Assembly: GCA_049672825.1 (NCBI GenBank) | Contig: JBATWU010000032.1 | Span: 7,794 to 71,793 of the forward strand | Direction of reading: 5' to 3' | Source of the DNA: Pusillimonas sp. | GTDB lineage: Bacteria; Pseudomonadota; Gammaproteobacteria; Burkholderiales; Burkholderiaceae_B | Length of the DNA stretch: 64,000 bases | Shown here: positions 56,432-64,000 of the stretch, piece by piece | How positions within the stretch are numbered: the first letter of the stretch is position 1 | Layout of the letters: each line of letters opens with the position of its first letter | Made by a program: the position numbers and the translations under genes | Notes under the pieces: generated by a model | The model's database searches: none | The model's input: only the letters and a program-made list of their open reading frames with translations | What the model was told of the DNA's origin: nothing

Positions 56432-56851
56432 TCAATGCCTTGGCAACGTTGTGGGTGCGCTGGCCATCATATTAGCCTCCGGCTTCCCACTAGATATGCT
56501 CCCCTCCGCTTCTACGAAAGCATCGGAGGGGAGCACATCGTTCAAGTCGTCGCGTGAAGTTCCCGCCCAAAGGCTGACGCCGCCCATGTAACCGGCTTTC
56601 CCGAGTAGATGGGCAGCAATCGGAGTCGTCATGAAAAGGAACAAAATGGCCAGAGCAATCTTGATCCATGTGCCCCATGAGGGCTCATACAGACCTGCTC
56701 CCACCAAAAGCAGACTGGGCCCGACCACGCCTGCTTTGGTTGCCGCGTGCATACGCATGAAAAAGTCAGGCAGGCGCAGAACGCCTAAAGCCGCAATGAA
56801 CGTGATGATGGATCCAGAGAGCACACAGAGTGCAGACAGCCACATCAACAT
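56432..56851 (-). CDS. mrpG: Mrp/Mnh/Pha cation:proton antiporter subunit G
   Basis: Start at MLMWLSALCVLSGSIITFIAALGVLRLPDFFMRMHA (ATG 56851, GGAGAGG upstream). Has a C-terminal extension relative to typical MnhG. Confidence 0.8.
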   Translation of the reverse strand: MLMWLSALCVLSGSIITFIAALGVLRLPDFFMRMHAATKAGVVGPSLLLVGAGLYEPSWGTWIKIALAILFLFMTTPIAAHLLGKAGYMGGVSLWAGTSRDDLNDVLPSDAFVEAEGSISSGKPEANMMASAPTTLPRH

Positions 56852-56852
56852 T

Positions 56853-57143
56853 TTAGTCCTCTCCATTTTGTGCGGTTCCCCGCACAATGAAACCAGCAAA
56901 GGCCACGGTCGCGAGAAAACCAATGAGGGCAATGCCAAGCACCACGTCAATAAATGCCGTTGAGCCGCTGGCAATGGCCGCTAGCGCCGCCACGCCGACC
57001 CCGAGCAGGCACAGCATGTCTAGAGCAACGACCCTATCCCCGGCGTGCGGTCCACGGACTATACGTATGCACACCAAAATCATGGACAAGAACAGCAGGA
57101 ATTTGCTGATCTCGATGGTGGCCGAAAACACAGTATCTATCAT
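56853..57143 (-). CDS. mrpF: Mrp antiporter subunit F
   Basis: 96 aa. Block IRIVRGPHAGDRVVALDML is typical of MnhF/PhaF. Confidence 0.85.
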   Translation of the reverse strand: MIDTVFSATIEISKFLLFLSMILVCIRIVRGPHAGDRVVALDMLCLLGVGVAALAAIASGSTAFIDVVLGIALIGFLATVAFAGFIVRGTAQNGED

Positions 57144-57469
57144 CGCAGCACCTTCAATATCTGGCGCTCAAACCCCTGTTTGATATCTGAGACCACCGAA
57201 TCCGAGTAATTCATCACATGCGCGTACAGGCGACTCTTGTCTTCTGAGATGTGCAGTGTCGTCGTACCCGGAGTCAATGTGATCATGTTTGCAAGAAGCG
57301 CGATACCCAAGTCGCTTTTCACGTCCAGAGGAACTTCGACGATGGCACTGTGAGAAACGCGCTTTGGGTTGACAACGTTCAACACAACATCTTGGACGGA
57401 TTTTGCCAGTTCCTTGCCGAAGGTGAGGATGAGCACTGTCCAGTTGAATAGCCAGTTAATCACGTGCAT
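57140..57469 (-). CDS. mrpE: Mrp antiporter subunit E (short form)
   Basis: 109 aa. The block IALLANMITLTPGTTTLHIS matches the MnhE LTPGT motif. It is shorter than the ~150-160 aa I recall for MrpE. Confidence 0.75.
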   Translation of the reverse strand: MHVINWLFNWTVLILTFGKELAKSVQDVVLNVVNPKRVSHSAIVEVPLDVKSDLGIALLANMITLTPGTTTLHISEDKSRLYAHVMNYSDSVVSDIKQGFERQILKVLR

Positions 57470-58967
57470 GAGGGCCCTCCAATACAGCGTTGATGTAGCG
57501 ACTACTGTTCGTCAGCTGGTCTGCCGCTTCGATAGAGAAAACTACAAATGGCTCAGGGTTCAAACCAATACACAGAGTGATCGCTGACAAGGTAGCGATG
57601 GCAACATACTGTGCAGCGAATGAACTATTCGAATCCTGAGTGGGGATGGGTACTGGTGTTGCAGGGGTTTTCCAGAACGCCTCATTCCAAATTTTCAGCA
57701 TGGAATACAGTGTGAGCACGCCCACGACCAAGGCAGTGACTGCCAAGTACCAACTGCCAGCATCGAGACTGGGCTTGACGACGAGGTATTTGGCCCAAAA
57801 GCCCGACAGAGGCGGCAAACCCGCAAGCGATAGTGCGGGAATACAGAACATGATTGCAAGGAAAGGGGCTGTTCGGTGCAGGCCGCCGATCCGTTTGAGT
57901 TGATAGGAACCACTCTTTCTTCTAATGACGCCACCAATCAAGAAGAGGTTGGCCTTCACGATGATGTGGTGCACGATATAAAGTACCGAACCGGCAAGCG
58001 CCAATGGTGTTGCAATCGCAACGCCTACAAGCATGTAGCCGATCTGGCTAATGATGTGAAAGGAAAGAATCTTCCGAATGTCGAAGTGGGATGCGGCACC
58101 AAGAACGCCGGTGATCATGGTAAGCGCAGCTATGATGCCGATGACGGTCGCCAGCCCCTCTGTGACCGGAAAAATAAGTGTGAAGCACCGCACGATGGCA
58201 TATACACCTACTTTGGTCAGTAATGCAGCAAAGATCGCCAGTACCGGTGTGCTCGCTGTGTGGTAGGAAGCGGGCAGCCAGAAGAACAAAGGGAATAATG
58301 CCGCTTTGGAAGCAAAGGCCAACAGAAACAAAATAGCCAAGGTACTTACTAGGCCGGTATTTTCTATGGCGGGAACCCGGTTCGCAAGATCGGCCATGTT
58401 TAGGGTGCCGGTTGCGCCATACAGGAAGGCGACGGCCACCAGAAATATGGTGGTCATGACGAGATTGAGCATCACGTACTTGACGCCAGCATCCAGTTGC
58501 TCTTTCGTTCCCCCTAACACCAGCAGACCAAAGGACGAGATCAGCATGATCTCGAACCATACATACATATTGAAGATGTCGCCGGTCATAAAGGCGCCAG
58601 TCACACCCAGCAGCAGCCCGTGATACAAAGGATGGAACATGGGACGGCCATTTTCTTCCGGGTCAGTCAGCTGATAAATTGCAATCACCACGGCCATGAT
58701 GGCCGTAATGAGCACCATAGCCGATGTCAGGTTATCGGCAACGAAGCTGATTCCGAAGGGCGCTTCCCAGGAGCCAAACTGGGTCGCCAGAATGGTGCCA
58801 TCTACGGTGGCGCTTAGCAGTGCGATGGCACTCCATAGGAAGATGAAGCTTGCAGCAAGGCTGGCGAGCCGTTGTAGACGGGGCATACGCCACAGCAGTG
58901 TCGTCAGCGTCAAACCGACCAGGGGCGCTGCAATTGGGAGGGTGAGCAGGACATGCGACGACATCAT
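57456..58967 (-). CDS. mrpD: Mrp antiporter subunit D (NuoN/ND2-like)
   Basis: 503 aa, about 14 TM, proton-conducting membrane transporter family. Confidence 0.9.
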   Translation of the reverse strand: MMSSHVLLTLPIAAPLVGLTLTTLLWRMPRLQRLASLAASFIFLWSAIALLSATVDGTILATQFGSWEAPFGISFVADNLTSAMVLITAIMAVVIAIYQLTDPEENGRPMFHPLYHGLLLGVTGAFMTGDIFNMYVWFEIMLISSFGLLVLGGTKEQLDAGVKYVMLNLVMTTIFLVAVAFLYGATGTLNMADLANRVPAIENTGLVSTLAILFLLAFASKAALFPLFFWLPASYHTASTPVLAIFAALLTKVGVYAIVRCFTLIFPVTEGLATVIGIIAALTMITGVLGAASHFDIRKILSFHIISQIGYMLVGVAIATPLALAGSVLYIVHHIIVKANLFLIGGVIRRKSGSYQLKRIGGLHRTAPFLAIMFCIPALSLAGLPPLSGFWAKYLVVKPSLDAGSWYLAVTALVVGVLTLYSMLKIWNEAFWKTPATPVPIPTQDSNSSFAAQYVAIATLSAITLCIGLNPEPFVVFSIEAADQLTNSSRYINAVLEGPHARD

Positions 58968-59350
58968 TGCTTGGCCTCACTCACGTCACGCGCCGTATCT
59001 GATTCGACGGGCTCCGCAACTCTCATTGCTTCGGTATCGACAATATGCAGGCGTTGATGCGCCTTATGCAGTAACACTACTGTGAAGGCGACCAGAGAAA
59101 ATGAAATCACGATCGCTGTCAAGATTAGAGCCTGCGGTAGAGGGTTGGCGCTAACAGCGATGGTGGTCTGATCACCCGCTATAAGCGGTGGCAAACTAGA
59201 ACCTAGACGACCGGCGACGAAGATGGTGAGGTTGGCGGCATTGCCAAGTAGCAGCAGCCCCAAGACCATGCGCAGCACATTGCGCGACATCAAAAGATAG
59301 GCTGCGGCACCCGCCATCACGCCGATTGCGACGATGTAAAGTGGCTCCAT
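58964..59350 (-). CDS. mrpC: Mrp antiporter subunit C (NuoK-like)
   Basis: 128 aa; MEPLYIVAIGVMAGAAAYLLMSRNVLRMVLGLLLLGNAANL. Confidence 0.9.
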   Translation of the reverse strand: MEPLYIVAIGVMAGAAAYLLMSRNVLRMVLGLLLLGNAANLTIFVAGRLGSSLPPLIAGDQTTIAVSANPLPQALILTAIVISFSLVAFTVVLLHKAHQRLHIVDTEAMRVAEPVESDTARDVSEAKQ

Positions 59351-59749
59351 TCATTGCTCCAGGAAAAGGCTGAGAAATGTCAGGATGGCCCCGAGTACGG
59401 TAAGGTAGACACCGATATCAAAGAGCAGCGTCGTACCCAGTGCGATACCTGCAACCTCTATCCAGGCATGTGTCAGGTACGCGGTGGTCCCCATTAAGCC
59501 AGCTAAACCAGAGATCAATGCAGCGCCGAGTCCGAGCGCCAGCAGTTGCAAGGAGTCAATGGGCAGGACCGGCCTAAGAGCCGCATATCCCCGAGGCAAG
59601 GCATAGCAGGCGTATCCTGCCGCCGCAATAAGACCGCCAATAAAGCCTCCGCCCGGCTCGTTATGGCCGCGCCAAAGCAAATAGAGCGACAGCAGTAAAG
59701 CGAATGGAAGAACGACGGTAGATCCGACCCTGAAAATGATGGAGTTCAT
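59351..59749 (-). CDS. mrpB: Mrp antiporter subunit B
   Basis: 132 aa, 4 TM, MnhB-domain-like ([13 protein letters not shown]). Confidence 0.85.
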   Translation of the reverse strand: MNSIIFRVGSTVVLPFALLLSLYLLWRGHNEPGGGFIGGLIAAAGYACYALPRGYAALRPVLPIDSLQLLALGLGAALISGLAGLMGTTAYLTHAWIEVAGIALGTTLLFDIGVYLTVLGAILTFLSLFLEQ

Positions 59750-62094
59750 GGCTTTTCCCCTGAAATGGCTCTTGCATCATCAGCGAAGGGTTCATTCGGC
59801 TTGCCGGCGCTGAAGAACACCGCGACAGCAGCCAAGGCCGCAAGCGCCAGCACCGTGATCTCACCCAAGGTATCCAGTGCCCGGAAATCCACAATGATGA
59901 CGTTAACGAGATTGCGTCCATGAGCCAATGGGTAGCTCGATTCGCGGAAAAAGTCAGACAAAGACTCGTTGAACGGAAGCGCCACCACACTGAACATCAC
60001 GACGACGAACATCAATCCGAACATCATCCCGATGAAGGCGTCTCGCATGCGTTGCCTGGATGAGCGTGGATCGGATGTGCGAAAAGGCATGTGGCCGATC
60101 ACTGCCAGCAGAATGACGACGGACAGCGCTTCAACCGAAAACTGGGTAAAGGCTAAGTCAGGGGCGCCTCCAAGCAGGAATACAATCGCCACACCAAATC
60201 CGACAGCGCCCGCAGAAATGATTCCCTGTACAAAGCTGCGGGAACGCAGCACCATGATGGAGGCTGCAATTAATAACATAGGCAATATGATTTCTACGCC
60301 GACCCCTTCGGTATGAAGCGCAGGAAGAGCCAGTGCGCCGCTCAGCACCATGGCGATCAAAACCGCTAATGTGACGATGCCCACGCTCATCGCCATATAG
60401 TGACGCAAGCTGCCAGTTTGAATCAGACCTGTTTGCCAGCCAGAGAACTTGACCAGCGCATCTAAGGCCCGGTCATATAGTGCATCGGGGCCCCAGTCAT
60501 CGATGAAGCGGAAAGCCTTCAAGCGCCGCTGGATGCGGCTCCAGCACAGATAAATACCGACGCCGATCGCTAGGGTCACCACGCTCAGCGCCAGCATTGG
60601 CGTAAAGCCGTGCCATAGGCTTAGCTGAAGCTCAATGGCTTCGCCCTGGACCGCAGTGGCTGAAGCGCTCAAAAGGCCTTGAATCCATTGTGGTGCGAGT
60701 CCGAAGGCCAAGCCCAGCACCGCCAGGACCAGTGGGCCTATCCACATGCTGATTGATGAATCATGAGGTGTGAGGCCAGACTGTTTCAGTGTGTCTGAAG
60801 CGGGACCAAAGAAGCATCGCAACGCAATGACTCCAGCGACCACTACCATGCATGCGTTAGCTAATATTGCGACGGCAAATGCGACGTAGGATATCTGAGC
60901 GGAAATTGCGGCCTCGTAGATAAGTTCTTTGCCGATGAATCCGAGTAACGGAGGGATCCCTGCCATGGACAATGCTGCTGCGCAGGCGATTACCGCAGTA
61001 ATGGGCATGGCCCGAGCCAAGCCACCCAGTATGGAGCTATCCCGCGTCCCTGTTGAGTGGTCGATGATGCCGGCGACCATGAACAAGCACGCTTTGTACA
61101 GCGCATGCACTACAAGGAAGGCCACCATTGCAGAAGTCGCTGTGGGGTGATCCACTCCGATCAGCGTGATGAGCGTCCCCAGTGACACGATGGTTGTATA
61201 AGCCAGGATACGCTTAAGGTCAGTTTCACGAAGTGCGAGAATCGCTCCAGAAAGCATGGTGATGCTGCCCACGCTGACTAACAGCGGCGTCCAAAGTTCG
61301 ATACCAGATAGGGCTGGGCTAAGGCGTGCCATTAGATAGACACCAAGCTTTACCATGGTGGCCGAATGCAGGTAGGCAGACACCGGTGTAGGTGCCACCA
61401 TTGCATTGGCTAACCAAGAGTGCAGTGGAAACTGGGCAGACTTGGAGAATGCGCCGAGAGCGATCAGGACAAGAATCGCCGTACCGATGGAACCCGTGAG
61501 CGTAGCGCCTACGTCGCTCGCCAGGATCTCGGATATCCGGTATGTTCCGGCGAGATTGCCCAGCAAAACTATACCGGCAAGCATGGCAAGGCCTCCCGCT
61601 ACCGTGATAAGCAGTCCTTGCTGTGCAGAGCGCCGAGACTTTGCTTGGCTCGGGTCAAACCCAATCAACATGAACGACGACAAACTTGTCAGTTCCCAGA
61701 ACACCAGCAATCCGAAAAGATCATCTGAAATGACCGCAGCAAGCATTGATGCCATGAAAACGGTCAATGTCGCAAAAAATCGGGGAGTCTGCCAGTTTCT
61801 CGGAAGATAGGCTGAAGCATAGAGGAAGATGGCTGTGCCGATGCCGGTGATCAGCAGAGCAAAGATTAGGGACAGACCGTCAAGTCGAAATGAAAGCGAG
61901 ATCCCTAGAGAGGGTATCCATTGAACGTGCTGAACAACGGCGTTCAACTGCGTTACCACTGGGCCGTGGTAAGCAAACCCAATAAACAATAACGCAGGAA
62001 TGACTGCGGTGACTGCCGAGCTCCAATAGCGTGCCGCTAAATATGCAATGGGTGCCGACAAAAAGGAGAGAAGAATCAGGGATGAAAGCGTCAT
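59746..62094 (-). CDS. mrpA: Mrp antiporter subunit A (NuoL/ND5-like with C-terminal MrpA extension)
   Basis: 782 aa multi-TM ORF. Blocks [13 protein letters not shown] and [36 protein letters not shown]. Confidence 0.9.
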   Translation of the reverse strand: MTLSSLILLSFLSAPIAYLAARYWSSAVTAVIPALLFIGFAYHGPVVTQLNAVVQHVQWIPSLGISLSFRLDGLSLIFALLITGIGTAIFLYASAYLPRNWQTPRFFATLTVFMASMLAAVISDDLFGLLVFWELTSLSSFMLIGFDPSQAKSRRSAQQGLLITVAGGLAMLAGIVLLGNLAGTYRISEILASDVGATLTGSIGTAILVLIALGAFSKSAQFPLHSWLANAMVAPTPVSAYLHSATMVKLGVYLMARLSPALSGIELWTPLLVSVGSITMLSGAILALRETDLKRILAYTTIVSLGTLITLIGVDHPTATSAMVAFLVVHALYKACLFMVAGIIDHSTGTRDSSILGGLARAMPITAVIACAAALSMAGIPPLLGFIGKELIYEAAISAQISYVAFAVAILANACMVVVAGVIALRCFFGPASDTLKQSGLTPHDSSISMWIGPLVLAVLGLAFGLAPQWIQGLLSASATAVQGEAIELQLSLWHGFTPMLALSVVTLAIGVGIYLCWSRIQRRLKAFRFIDDWGPDALYDRALDALVKFSGWQTGLIQTGSLRHYMAMSVGIVTLAVLIAMVLSGALALPALHTEGVGVEIILPMLLIAASIMVLRSRSFVQGIISAGAVGFGVAIVFLLGGAPDLAFTQFSVEALSVVILLAVIGHMPFRTSDPRSSRQRMRDAFIGMMFGLMFVVVMFSVVALPFNESLSDFFRESSYPLAHGRNLVNVIIVDFRALDTLGEITVLALAALAAVAVFFSAGKPNEPFADDARAISGEKP

Positions 62095-62174
62095 GCCTCA
62101 AAGGCCAGAGAACAAAAATATGCTGGCGTTCATTTCATAACAATTTCATATCGCGCATCAATGAATAAAAAAAA

Positions 62175-62220
62175 TGTTCATAAATATGAACCTTAATGTT
62201 TATTCTGTTCATAAAAATGG
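62175..62220. promoter_or_regulatory. Cluster of TGTTCATAAA / TATGAAC motifs in the AT-rich divergent region between mrpA and the PAP2-like gene
   Basis: TGTTCAtaaataTGAACc lies at 62175-62192, an inverted repeat with core GTTCATA-aa-TATGAAC. A third copy cTGTTCATAAAAA lies at 62205-62217. Confidence 0.3.
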
Positions 62221-62352
62221 ACGCGCAAGAATATTAGACAGTGTCCATGTTGATTAACTCAACGATGTTCTCCACAGGCGAGGCAGAATAATAACTATGA
62301 AGTGAGACTTGGCGGCACGCTGGTGCTTTATAGCGACAACCGAAGGAGAACG

Positions 62353-62961
62353 ATGGTGAAAGAACTGCTCTACAACTGGTTCGGTTTGAATGAGTGGCTA
62401 TTTACTGTCTTTTACTCGCTGCATTTTCCGTATCTTGATGGCTTATGGAAGTTGGCAAGCTACGGATACAGTTATTGGGCGGTGGCTTTCGTTGCGATCG
62501 CCCTTAGTTACCGGTATCTGCGGATACGCCACACGGCAACGGAGCAGCAGCTTGAGAGCATGGGGGAATTCATGGTCGGGCTCATCATTGCTTTCAGTTT
62601 GGTCTGGTGCGCTGTGTACACCTTCCAGAACGTCACTTTGATGCCTCGACCGTGGGCTGTGCTTCCAGAGGTTGTTGTAGCTCAGACTCCAGCTCTCTGG
62701 CACGAAGGGCTGCCAGCTTCAGTCCCTGCGATATCGCTAATGCTAGCGTGCCTGGCCTGGAAACATGTAAGTGGCCAGGCACGGAAATGGCTTCAGCTTT
62801 ACGTGGCGCTTGGATGCCTGCTCAGTATCATCTCCGGGTTCAACTGGCCCGTCGAAGTTGTAGCCGGTGCGCTCTTGGGCTGGATTGGAGCCCGGTTTGG
62901 ACAATGGTATTTTCGCCTTGGCAGGAGACTCGTCGCGCCTAAAAAGATTCGAGATGTCTAA
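62353..62961 (+). CDS. PAP2-like integral membrane protein with degenerate catalytic motifs
   Basis: Start at MVKELLYNWFGLNEWLF. About 5-6 TM. Its layout resembles PAP2 phosphatases, with RP in MPRPW. No clear PSGH or SRx5Hx3D motifs are seen. Confidence 0.45.
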   Translation: MVKELLYNWFGLNEWLFTVFYSLHFPYLDGLWKLASYGYSYWAVAFVAIALSYRYLRIRHTATEQQLESMGEFMVGLIIAFSLVWCAVYTFQNVTLMPRPWAVLPEVVVAQTPALWHEGLPASVPAISLMLACLAWKHVSGQARKWLQLYVALGCLLSIISGFNWPVEVVAGALLGWIGARFGQWYFRLGRRLVAPKKIRDV

Positions 62962-63015
62962 CTTACACGTGTAGCCGCTTTGGATAAGCCCTGCTGTATC
63001 CACTGGGCTGTCTGA

Positions 63016-63117
63016 TTAACGGACGAGCAAAATTGGCACTTCAACGGCTCGTATCATGGCAGTCGTAGTACTCCCTACAATCAAGTTCCTAAGTGGGGAA
63101 TGACCATAAGCGCCCAT
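63016..63117 (-). pseudogene. Universal stress protein (UspA family) C-terminal remnant
   Basis: MGAYGHSPLRNLIVGSTTTAMIRAVEVPILLVR matches only the last ~33 aa of USP domains. It starts 6 nt after the arsB stop. Confidence 0.55.
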
Positions 63118-63122
63118 GGTGT

Positions 63123-64000
63123 TCACCCGCCCAAGCGCACGGCAAGGGCTGCCAGGGTAACGAGCAATACGGGTAAGGTCAGCACGATACCCACTTTGAA
63201 GTAGTATCCCCATGTGATGGTCATGCCCTTGCGCGACAGCACATGCAACCACAATAGAGTTGCCAAACTTCCAATAGGGGTGATTTTGGGCCCCAGGTCG
63301 CTACCGATGACGTTGGCATAAATCATCGCCTCTTTGACGACGCCTGTTGCTTGGCTGACGTCGATGGACAAGGCTCCTACCAGCACGGTAGGCATGTTGT
63401 TCATGATGGACGAGAGTAGGGCGGTCAGCACTCCGGTGCCTAGGGTCGCCGCCCACAGTCCGTGGCTGGCCAGATAGTCGAGCAGGCCGGCGATCATTTC
63501 CGTGAGCCCGGCATTGCGTAGGCCATAGACAACCAGATACATGCCAAGCGAGAAGATCACGATAGCCCAGGGTGCTTCCCGCACGACTTTGCGGATGCTG
63601 ATCTTGTGCCCGCGTCCGGCCACAATCAGCAGTGCCAGTGCACCCAGGGCGGCGATGGCACTGACGGGAATGCCAAAGCCTTCCAGGGTAAAAAAGCTGA
63701 TCAGTAGTAGCCCCAGCACAACCCATCCCGCGCGGAAGGTCGCCAGGTCGTGAATCGCCGTTTTTGGTTCCTTGAGCTGGCTATCGTCGTAGCGAGCTGG
63801 AATACTGCGGCGAAAATACAGCAACAGAACCAGCAAGGTGGCGGCGACGGAAACAACGTTGACCGGAACCATAACTGCGGCATACCGGGCAAAGCTGATA
63901 TCGAAGAAATCCGCCGAAACAATATTGACAAGGTTGGATACGATGAGCGGCAGACTGGCCGTGTCGGCAATAAAGCCTGCCGCCATGACAAAAGCCAGCG
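63123..64000 (-). CDS. arsB: ArsB-type arsenite/antimonite efflux pump (partial; N-terminus beyond window end)
   Basis: Strongly resembles E. coli ArsB: [84 protein letters not shown]. Confidence 0.9.
   Translation of the reverse strand, partial: LAFVMAAGFIADTASLPLIVSNLVNIVSADFFDISFARYAAVMVPVNVVSVAATLLVLLLYFRRSIPARYDDSQLKEPKTAIHDLATFRAGWVVLGLLLISFFTLEGFGIPVSAIAALGALALLIVAGRGHKISIRKVVREAPWAIVIFSLGMYLVVYGLRNAGLTEMIAGLLDYLASHGLWAATLGTGVLTALLSSIMNNMPTVLVGALSIDVSQATGVVKEAMIYANVIGSDLGPKITPIGSLATLLWLHVLSRKGMTITWGYYFKVGIVLTLPVLLVTLAALAVRLGG

Larger units (their letters stand above)
50229..64000. mobile_element. Compositionally distinct (visibly lower-GC) segment: putative horizontally acquired island, right end beyond window
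   Basis: An abrupt change in base composition and codon usage follows 50228, judged by eye and not computed. Gene-remnant junctions lie at the HIT remnant and the USP remnant. AlpA-like, XRE and DUF1016 genes are typical of islands. No integrase or transposase is seen in the window. Confidence 0.45.

Noticed and set aside
57140-57469. Short MrpE (109 aa) as evidence that the mrp operon is defective.
   Set aside because: The characteristic LTPGT region is present and the gene is tightly overlapped with mrpD and mrpF. Length variation alone is insufficient evidence. It is noted in the feature evidence only.
62095-62300. Sigma-54 promoter (TGGCAC-N5-TTGCW) upstream of mrpA, expected because of the adjacent NtrC-family regulator.
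   Set aside because: No GG-N10-GC element with correct spacing was found on either strand by eye. The nearest candidates (CTGGCGttcatTTCAT and TGGACAC...TCTTGC) lack the GC or have wrong spacing. This is consistent with the regulator lacking GAFTGA.

Overview
High-GC proteobacterial chromosome segment. The Bug-family binding protein, the FecIRA-type iron modules and an ESPR-type trimeric autotransporter suggest Burkholderiales or Alcaligenaceae, but this is inference only. No rRNA, tRNA, CRISPR array, transposase or integrase was recognised. From left to right the window contains the blocks below.

(1) 1-12.4 kb: a TonB-dependent transducer. It is followed by an AT-rich-flanked adhesin module made of a REC-AraC regulator, a 2137-aa trimeric autotransporter adhesin, a TpgA-like OmpA lipoprotein and a second lipoprotein.

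(2) 12.4-36.9 kb: ordinary metabolic and transport genes. These are pcaD/pcaC-like genes, a Bug-amidohydrolase-CoA-transferase operon with a LysR regulator, and a FecI-FecR-receptor iron module coupled to a Tat-exported beta-lactamase-fold hydrolase. The block continues with a threonine aldolase plus the AapJQMP amino-acid ABC transporter, then GntR, a class V aminotransferase, an alcohol dehydrogenase, a rhodanese, a haloperoxidase-type hydrolase and AraC.

(3) 36.9-39.6 kb: an arsenic islet, arsR-arsI-arsC-acr3, plus a truncated second arsC. A decayed ParE-type toxin remnant lies beside it.

(4) 40.2-50.2 kb: the most interesting part. A perfect Zur-box palindrome precedes a roughly 10-kb co-directional, translationally coupled gene string. 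It holds two COG0523 GTPases, SufE, CysRS, YidD, C-minus L36, a flavoprotein with a Cys-rich tail, a permease, a dihydroorotase-like protein, a truncated Fur-family ORF, HisI and an internally deleted HIT gene. The second COG0523 gene carries an apparent 1-nt frameshift that fuses it in frame to cysS. The DHOase-like and HisI proteins each carry a substitution at a canonical metal-ligand position.

(5) 50.2-64 kb: a visibly lower-GC, island-like segment (judged by eye, not computed). It contains a DUF1016 nuclease, AlpA-like and XRE regulators, a histidine kinase with an NtrC-family activator that lacks the GAFTGA loop, a 7-gene Mrp cation/proton antiporter, a PAP2-like protein, a USP remnant and a partial arsB.

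All functional calls rest on motif and family recognition from the translated ORFs. No database search was run.
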